Assembly: GCA_951406725.2 (NCBI GenBank) | Contig: OX597821.1 | Coordinates: 5,952,001 to 6,016,000 of the forward strand | Direction: 5' to 3' | DNA length: 64,000 bases | Source: Octopus vulgaris | Taxonomy: Eukaryota | Shown here: positions 55,908 through 64,000 of the stretch, piece after piece | Layout: each line of letters opens with the position of its first letter | Position numbering within the stretch: the first letter of the stretch is position 1 | Made by a program: the position numbers and the translations under genes | The notes under the pieces: generated by a model | Databases searched by the model: none | What the model saw: only the letters and a program-made list of their open reading frames with translations | Told to the model about the DNA's origin: nothing

Positions 55908-56926
55908 GCGCTAAATGAGGATGAAAAGAGAGAGGTTTGGAGATGCCACTATGAAAGGTTGCTCAACAAAGAAAATGAATGGGATAAAGAGAGTCTGCCG
56001 AATGTCGACCCAACAGAGGGACCACCTATCCGAGTTGACAGTTCCTTGGTAGTTAAGGCAATTAGAAGCATGAAGACAGGGAAAGCCCCAGGCCCATCAG
56101 GAATTACTGCAGAGATGCTCAAAATATCTGGCAGTGTCGGCTATAGCCTAGTCACCCGTATAGATAACCAGGTGATACACGAAGGAGTCATACCCAATGA
56201 CTGGTGTAGTAGCATAATAGTCAACTGCTACAAAGGTAAAGGTGACGCCCTAGATACAAGTAATTACAGAGGTATCAAGCTGTTAGATCAGGTAATGAAG
56301 GTTACGGAGAGGGTCATAGCCCAACTGATTAGGGAGAGAGTCAACCTGGACGAGATGCAGTTCGGTTTCGTGCCGGGGAAAAGCACCACCGATGCCATAT
56401 TTCTGGTGAGACAGCTGCAGGAGAAATACCTAGCCAAAGATAAACCTCTGTACCTGGCTTTCGTTGACTTGGAGAAAGCCTTTGACAGGGTCCCCCGATC
56501 CCTTATCTGGTGGTCAATGAGGAAACTAGGGATAGATGAATGGTTAGTGAGAGCTGTGCGAGCCATGTACAGGGACGCTGTTAGTAAGGTGAGGGTTGGC
56601 AACGAGTACAGTGAAGAATTCCGGGTAGAGGTTGGGGTCCACCAAGGCTCAGTCCTCAGCCCCCTCCTATTTACCATAGTCCTCCAGGCAATAACGGAAG
56701 AATTCAAGACAGGATGCCCCTGGGAGCTCCTATATGCTGATGACCTTGCTCTAATTGCTGAGTCACTATCAGAACTGGAGGAGAAGTTTCAGACATGGAA
56801 GCAAGGATTAGGATGGAAGGGCCTTAGAGTCAACCTAGCTAAAACCAAAGTCCTAATAAGTAGGAAGGTAGACAAATCACAAACGCCTTCAGGTAGATGG
56901 CCCTGCTCGATCTGTAGAAAAGGCGT
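55908..56926 (+). mobile_element. RTE-clade LINE reverse transcriptase fragment, open frame, truncated at both ends
   Basis: KAPGPSG, YKGKGD..NYRGIKLL, QFGF.PGKSTTDAIF, FVDLEKAFDRV, GVHQGSVLSPLLF, LYADDL, NLAKTK; the N-terminus of the track ORF is microsatellite. Confidence 0.92.
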
Positions 56927-57218
56927 AAATAAGCTCGACTGCTCTCACAGATGAAGGTACTAAAAATGAACCCGACCACTCTCAAAAATTAAGTAGAAAA
57001 ACAGGAAATATAATAATCCAGAATCCTTGTCCGGTACCAGATCGATCCCAAAATCTAATCAGTTTGTGCCAGTCAGGAGGCCAAACATCTCTGAAAGTTT
57101 CACCAGAATCCATCCAGTGGTTCTTGAGATATCTTGTCCATGGACAAACAAACAAACAAACATGACTGAAAACAATACCTTTTAGTACCCTCATCTGTGA
57201 GAGCAGTCGAGCTTATTT
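56927..57218. mobile_element. Non-autonomous element with 39-bp inverted repeats (MITE or DINE/Helentron-like)
   Basis: AAATAAGCTCGACTGCTCTCACAGATGA(A/G)GGTACTAAAA inverted at both ends with 1 mismatch; internal (ACAA)n tract. Confidence 0.75.
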
Positions 57219-57643
57219 CAGATATTCTAATTTTAGAACTCATCTCTGGCTAATCACTGAGAGAACGTTATGTTGCTTTGGCAGAGGTTTGCACTCTCTG
57301 AGTGTTCTTGTTATTATGACTATTATTATTATCATCATCATCATAATTTATTCACTGCAACAGGTGCAATTAGCAAAATATTTTGATTATTTTCCACCTT
57401 TCTTTGTAGTTTTTCTTCTACAATTATGGGAATTTTTTCTTCATTTTTCCAGTTTTTCTAGTAAATATTTAAGTAGTTAAAATAAAACAATAAAAAAAAA
57501 TTATCACAACAACAACATTATTATTATTATTATTTAATCTAATAATCATTCCCTTAAACCATGTTTTGTTTTCTAAAGTGCCATGGTCTCACTTTAGAAA
57601 TATTTCTGCACTTGCTGTCTTCAGAAATTCAAAACTAACTGTT

Positions 57644-57694
<51 letters not shown>

Positions 57695-57710
57695 CACCAC
57701 CACCACTACC

Positions 57711-57746
<36 letters not shown>

Positions 57747-57778
57747 GCTACCGCCTACTGCTGCTGCTGCTACAACAA

Positions 57779-58459
57779 TACTTTCTGTTAAAGATACAAA
57801 GCCTGAAATTTATGGGGAAGATGCAAGTCGATTACACTGACCCCAGTATTCAACTGGTACTTATGTTATTGACCCCGAAAAGATGAAAGGCAAAGTCGAC
57901 CCCGGTGGAATTTGAACTCAGGACATAAGGACAGCTGAACTGCTGCCAAGCGTTTCGCCTGGCATGCTAATGATTCTGCCAGCTCGCCACCTTAACAATA
58001 ATAATAATAATGGTTTCACATTTTGGAACAAGGCCAGGAATTTAGGGAGACGGGGCTAGTTGATTACAGTGTTTAACTGGTACTTTTACTTTGTCGGCCC
58101 CCAAAAGGGTGAAAAACAAAGTCAACCTCAGTGGAATTTGAAATCAGAACATAAAGATGGATGAAACGCCACTAAGCACTTCACCCAGCATACAAACGAT
58201 TCTGCCACCTCACCACCTTAACAACAATAGTGGTGGTGGTAGAAAAGTTAGCACGCTGGGCGAAATACGTAGCCGTATTTCGTCTGCCGTTACGTTCTGA
58301 GTTCAAATTCCGCAAAGGTCGACTTTGCCTTTCATCCTTTCGGGGTCGATAAATTAAGTACCAGTTATGCACTGAGGTCAATATAATCAACTTAATCGGT
58401 TTGTCTGTCCTTGTTTGTCCTCTCTGTGTTTAGCCCCTTGTGGGTAGTAAAGAAACAGG
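57779..58459. mobile_element. Three further Nin-like SINE copies (two minus, one plus)
   Basis: Same motifs as 45673-47083; copy at about 58245-58459 is inverted relative to the two before it. Confidence 0.8.
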
Positions 58460-58914
58460 TGGTGGTGGTGGTGGTGGTGGTGGTGGTGGTATATCAGCCG
58501 AAACATTGTGTTAACAACAAAGAAGATGAGGACAAATATCCGTCAAATGTAAATAATGTAAATAATGTAAATAATGTACTCCTTCTTGTTCTCCCTAGTT
58601 TATTCAATGTCTATCTATTATATATATACAGTTATGGAAATATTTTACTATCAAACACATAATAATAATAATAATAATGCTGAATAGCATAAATAGGACA
58701 GAACATCCTTATATTCCAGAATAATTTGTTAGCAACCAGCCATGAGACTTGAACTCATATTTCAATACATCACAACGCTTTGTTTGTTTACATACATCGC
58801 AATTTATATATATATATATATATACTTTGAGCAAGTGTCTTCTACTATAGCCTAAAGCTGACCAAAGCCTTGTGAGTGGATTTGATAGACTGAAATTGAA
58901 AGAAGCCTGTCATA

Positions 58915-58954
<40 letters not shown>

Positions 58955-58974
58955 TTAAAAAATATAATTAATAT

Positions 58975-59037
58975 CCACTACGATCGTTTCCTGTCTTCTG
59001 TCATCAAATTTTTGAGTAGCAGACATTCATCAGGTGG
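58975..59037 (-). ncRNA. Minimal type I hammerhead ribozyme motif with long stem II
   Basis: CCAC CUGAUGA A UGUCU...AGACA G GAAAC GAUC GUA GUGG: stem I CCAC/GUGG, palindromic ACGAUCGU, GUA site. Confidence 0.75.
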
Positions 59038-60380
59038 TTTCAAAATCGAGATTTCTTTTAAATGCTATTTAAAAGATAGATATATGCATATATCTATGTG
59101 TGCATGTCTTTTTGCCTGTGTTTGTCCCCCCACCCCATCACCACTTGGTAACTGGTGTTGGTGTGTTTACATCCCCATAATTTAGCGGTTCGGCCAAAGA
59201 GACTGATAGAATAAGTACTGGGCTTTAAAAAAATGAGTACTGGGGTCAATTTGTTGGACTAAAACCCTTCAAGGCAGAGGTCCACCATGGCCACAGTCAA
59301 ATGACTATAACAAGTAAACTAATAAAAGAATATATATATATACACAAGTTCCTGGCTTTGAGTAAAAGAAAATACAGGAGAATCAGTTAATTATGATTTT
59401 ATTCAACATATTCCCTTCTCAGATTCATACACTTATTGCAGTGGTCCTTCAGTCTTTCTAAGCCCTGTAAATGAATTTGGAAATTTGGGCCTCCAACCAG
59501 GCCTTTTGTGATACCCTTAAAACCAAGAACTTTTCAACACCTCCTTGTTCATAAACACACACACACAACGGACTTCTTTCAGTTTCTGTCTACCAAATTT
59601 ACTAATTTGGCTTTGGTTGGTCTGGGGTTATAGTTGAAGACGTTTGCCAAGGGTGCCACGCAGTGGGACTGAACTCAAGACCACATGGTTGGGAAACCAG
59701 CTTGCTAATCACACACCCACACCTCATCAACAACAACCAAAAAAAAAAAATAAAAAAAACAGAAAAAGAAATTAAAATAAGATTGCAGATGACAAACAAA
59801 TCGGAGAACTTCCATTTTCTTATAGAACAAAATTTTAACTTTTCGAAGTAAAGTGACATTTTAATAGCAACAGTGGGGTTTGAAATGTTAAAAAACAAAA
59901 TGAAATGAAAGAAGACATGAAGTAATTTTATTCGCTTTTTTTTTTATTTTGGTTCATTTGTGTTTTTTAGGGTTTTTTTTAAATGGAAGTTGAAGAAAGA
60001 AAGACAGGCAGATGGATAGAGAGGACAGTACAATTGATGGGAATTTGTCGAGAAACCTCTAGAAAAGCAATCATAAATATACGCATATACAAATATACAA
60101 ATATATAAATAAACGTCTCTCCGATCCTAAGTTTGATGGGGAAATGTTATTTCCCATTTAGAAAATGAAATAAATAGGACTGAAACAAAACAAAATTAGG
60201 AAAAAAATATATAAAATCATGGAAATTTGTAATAGCAAAATTATATTTAATTTAAGCATTTTCTAGAGCTAAATATTCCTTACTGAGTGAGGGAGGGGAT
60301 GGGGTCAGTGTGTGTGTTTGTGTGATTTTATGTTTCTACACATGCATGAAAATATGTGCATGTGTGGGTGGGTGTATATA

Positions 60381-60426
<46 letters not shown>

Positions 60427-61036
60427 TACATATATATATACACACACAGCAGAGACTTAGTGTGGGTGGTGTATGCATATACACACGCACCTATATATAT
60501 ATAAATTTATGCATAAGTGTGCATGTTTGTTTATACATGCCTGAATGTATATATACATGTCAGAAGAGAAAATGATAATAGTTTTCAGTAAAATGTTTTC
60601 ATACAGTATGAAAAAATAATAATTGATATAAAGCAAGATTCCAAAATTAAAGAATATATACATATATAATATATCATCATCATCATCATCATCATCGTTT
60701 AGCGTCCGCTTTCCATATATATTTCTTGTATACATATTTTCTACAAATATTTTATAATAAAATTACAAATTTTTCCCTAAAATGCAGGTAGAATATATGA
60801 GTGTATGTATATCTATATTTCTACATATCTATCTATCTTTCTATTTATCTACGTGTGTGTGTGTGTGTGCATGCTCATACACATATACATACACATGCAA
60901 CTAGAGAGAGAGACACACACACACACACCAAACAAAATAAAACTAAAAAAAATCTAACAAATCTCTTTTCGAAAAACAACATTAATAATAGATATGTTTT
61001 TGTGTGTGTATGTGTGTGTGTCTCTTCTTGTGTTTA

Positions 61037-61083
<47 letters not shown>

Positions 61084-61151
61084 TAGTAAAAAAGATGACA
61101 GGTAAATATTTTCAATGTAAAACTTTTTGGAGAAGATTTTTATTACATTTG

Positions 61152-61203
<52 letters not shown>

Positions 61204-61471
61204 CCTCATCATCATCATCATCATCATTTCATTTATTTCACTTTTCCATTTATTTATTTATTTATTTGTTATTATCTCCTGACTTATAAAATTGTCACTC
61301 ACTGACATTTCCTTACAGAATCGGAGTGAGTGTGCCAGGTACATTCAATACGAAATCACGGAGAGAAGAGAGACGAAATATGTTTGGTAAAGGAAAGAAT
61401 ATAGAAAACAAACATTATTTGGCATAGCTGCCTTATTAAGGCAATGGAAATGTGATATTAAATATATATAT

Positions 61472-61512
<41 letters not shown>

Positions 61513-61576
61513 CATACACATATATATATATATATATATATGTATATACTAGTGTGTCTGTATATATATGTATGTG

Positions 61577-61622
<46 letters not shown>

Positions 61623-62648
61623 TACATACACATACATATATATATATATACAGACACACTAGTATATACATATAAATGCGATATTGCCTGTAAGTCATAT
61701 ATGTGATATTACATGAATACCATACTCACCAATATGAATTTACATATACGCTATGCATCATGCTTATAAATGTATCATCACATTTGCATATATAAGTGCA
61801 TAAACAAATATACACGTGTGTGTGTGTATGTGTGTGTGTGTGTGTGTGTGTTTGTGCATGTAACATTATATGTTCGTTTGTTTAACATCCGTTTTCTCAT
61901 GCAAGCAGAGATTTGAATGGGGAGTTTATCTAAAGCTGTATTTTTACAGCCAGACGCTCTTCCAGTCACCAACCTGTACCTGTGTTGTTGTTGTTGTTTT
62001 GTTTTTTTTGGGGGGGGAGGATGAAATGATTTTTCTTTTCTTATTCAAAAGCATAAAGCAACCCCAGCCAATGAAGGAATGACATTTTCACCACTTTCTT
62101 CAACCAGCAACAAGTGTGGATTACCAACATTCATACACATTCATGCATAGAAATGCACATTTATATGTCACAGTGTGACACCTTGGGCAAGCATCTTAAA
62201 CTATAACCTCAGGCCAAGCTGTATCGGCCTTTGCCCTTCCTTTGGATAACATTGCTGATGTGGAGAGGGGAAGCTGGTATGCATGAGCGACTGCTGGTCT
62301 TCCATAGATAACCTTGAAGAATCTTGCCCAGATTGTACCTTGGAGGGGAACTTTCTAGGTGCAATCCCATGGTCATTCATGACCAAAGGGGGTCTTTACC
62401 CTTTACCCTATGTATATATAATGGTGTGAAGAAGGGAGGCTGGTATGTATGGGTGACTGCTGGATTCCCACAAACAACTTTGCCCAGACTCGTACCTTAG
62501 AAGGGAACTTCCTAGGTGCAATCGCATGGTCATTCATGACTGAAAGGGGCTCTTATCTGGGCCAGATATGGCCAGTTTAAATGCTGAAAGGTCGACTGGA
62601 TGTGGAAAATAACAGAACAAACATATTGAAGAAAACGGTGTATCTTAC

Positions 62649-62762
62649 CTAAATTTACCCAGAAACCTCCAGGTTTTAAGATTCTCCATATTGTCTCCAC
62701 ATATGATATGATATTGTGAGCAGTATCAATGAAAAATACTGTAGCAACACAGTCCCAGGAAT
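62649..62762 (-). CDS. CARNMT1: Carnosine N-methyltransferase (N2227 family), internal exon, 114 nt
   Basis: Minus strand reads tttgttctttctctccag|AT TCC TGG ... AAT TTA G|gtaaga = (D)[37 protein letters not shown](G), matching the conserved FFIDTAHN / LKPGG.W.NLG motifs of the family; canonical splice sites. Absent from the ORF track. Confidence 0.95.
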
Positions 62763-63195
62763 CTGGAGAGAAAGAACAAAAGAGAAGAGGTCATTATATT
62801 GAAGGCAAATATCAGAATCGGGTGTGCATGTGTGTAAATTTCATCTATATAATGTGTGTGTTTACATGAGTTGTGTGTGTAGGCGTCATCATTATCGTCA
62901 TCATTATCGTTGATGTCCAGGCTTGCATGAGTCACAAGAAATTTGATGGCCAAGATGCTCTTGCTGTCGTTAACCCTCGTCTGTTTCCACGCAAGGTAAT
63001 ATTTCCCGGGAACATTCGTCATAGAAGACTTGGAATGAACAACACACTCATTTACAACCGTCTTGTAATATGTCAAGACAAGGGTTTACACAAACATACA
63101 CACACACACAACACACATAGGCATACATATATATATATACATCATCATTATGACCACCACCACCACCACCACCACCATCATCATCATCAGTTTAA

Positions 63196-63720
63196 CCCTT
63201 TTGATACCAACCCGCCTGAAACCGCCTCTGGCTCTGTAATACAAATGTCTTATTTTCAAAACTTCTGCATTAAAGGCGCAGGAGTGGCTGTGTGGTAAGT
63301 AGCTTGCTAACCAACCACATGGTTCCGGGTTCAGTCCCACTGTGTGGCACCTTGGGCAAGTGTCTTCTGCTATAGCCCCGGGCCGACCAATGCCTTGTGA
63401 GTGGATTTGGTAGACGGAAATTGAAAGAAGCCTGTCGTATATATGTATATATATATAAGTGTGTGTGTAAGAATAAGTCCTGGGGTCGATTTGCTCGACT
63501 AAAGGCGGTGCTCCAGCATGGCCGCAGTCAAATGACTGAAACAAGTAAAAGAGTAAAAGAGTAAAAAAGAGATTAAAATCTTCCACCAAACCTTAGTCAC
63601 AATTTATGTTCCTAACACTAGCTTAATGGTAACTAAGTTATTTTATTAAATTCTTTGTTATATTTAAAATTAATTAAAAGATACACAGAGCATCTCAAAA
63701 TAAATATGGTAACAAAAGGG
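63196..63720. mobile_element. piggyBac-like MITE containing a plus-strand SINE A insertion (about 63274-63570)
   Basis: TTAA|CCCTTTTGATACCA ... TGGTAACAAAAGGG|TTAA termini with TTAA duplication. Confidence 0.75.
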
Positions 63721-64000
63721 TTAATGTCCACTCATTATCATCAACACCATCACCCTCGTTATCATCATTACCACCACGTCCACTACCACTGTCGCTGCCA
63801 CTAGTATCACCATTATTATCATCATCATCAGGACCCCCCCCCCCCACTACCATCATCATCATCGTCGTCATCCTCATAACCATCACCACATCACATCACC
63901 ATCATAACCAGTGCTACATCGTTATCATCATTATGCCACCAACACTTCTGATGTGATTATTACTCCTAATACCATTACTCCTACAAGCACCTGCATCATT

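Overview
AT-rich, microsatellite-saturated animal genomic DNA; the repeat landscape strongly suggests an octopus or other coleoid cephalopod (inference). Nearly all ORFs in the six-frame track are microsatellite artefacts. The only host coding sequence I can support is two consecutive minus-strand exons of carnosine N-methyltransferase (CARNMT1/N2227 family) at 62649-62762 and 8842-8945. They are joined by a 53.7 kb phase-1 intron that makes up most of the window. The intron is filled with mobile DNA: a young Neptune-type Penelope-like retroelement (RT + GIY-YIG) with one homopolymer frameshift, a decayed Tigger/pogo transposon with both TIRs, RTE and CR1-type LINE fragments, a non-autonomous Helitron, several MITEs, more than 30 tRNA-derived SINE copies and a 27 x 101 bp tandem array amplified from inside a SINE. 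The most notable unannotated signals are five different minimal hammerhead-ribozyme motifs (four on the host pre-mRNA strand), three long fold-back hairpins, and a LINE 3' end sharing a covarying stem-loop with the dominant SINE. Most of these are instances of known element classes; I found no clear evidence of a wholly new system.
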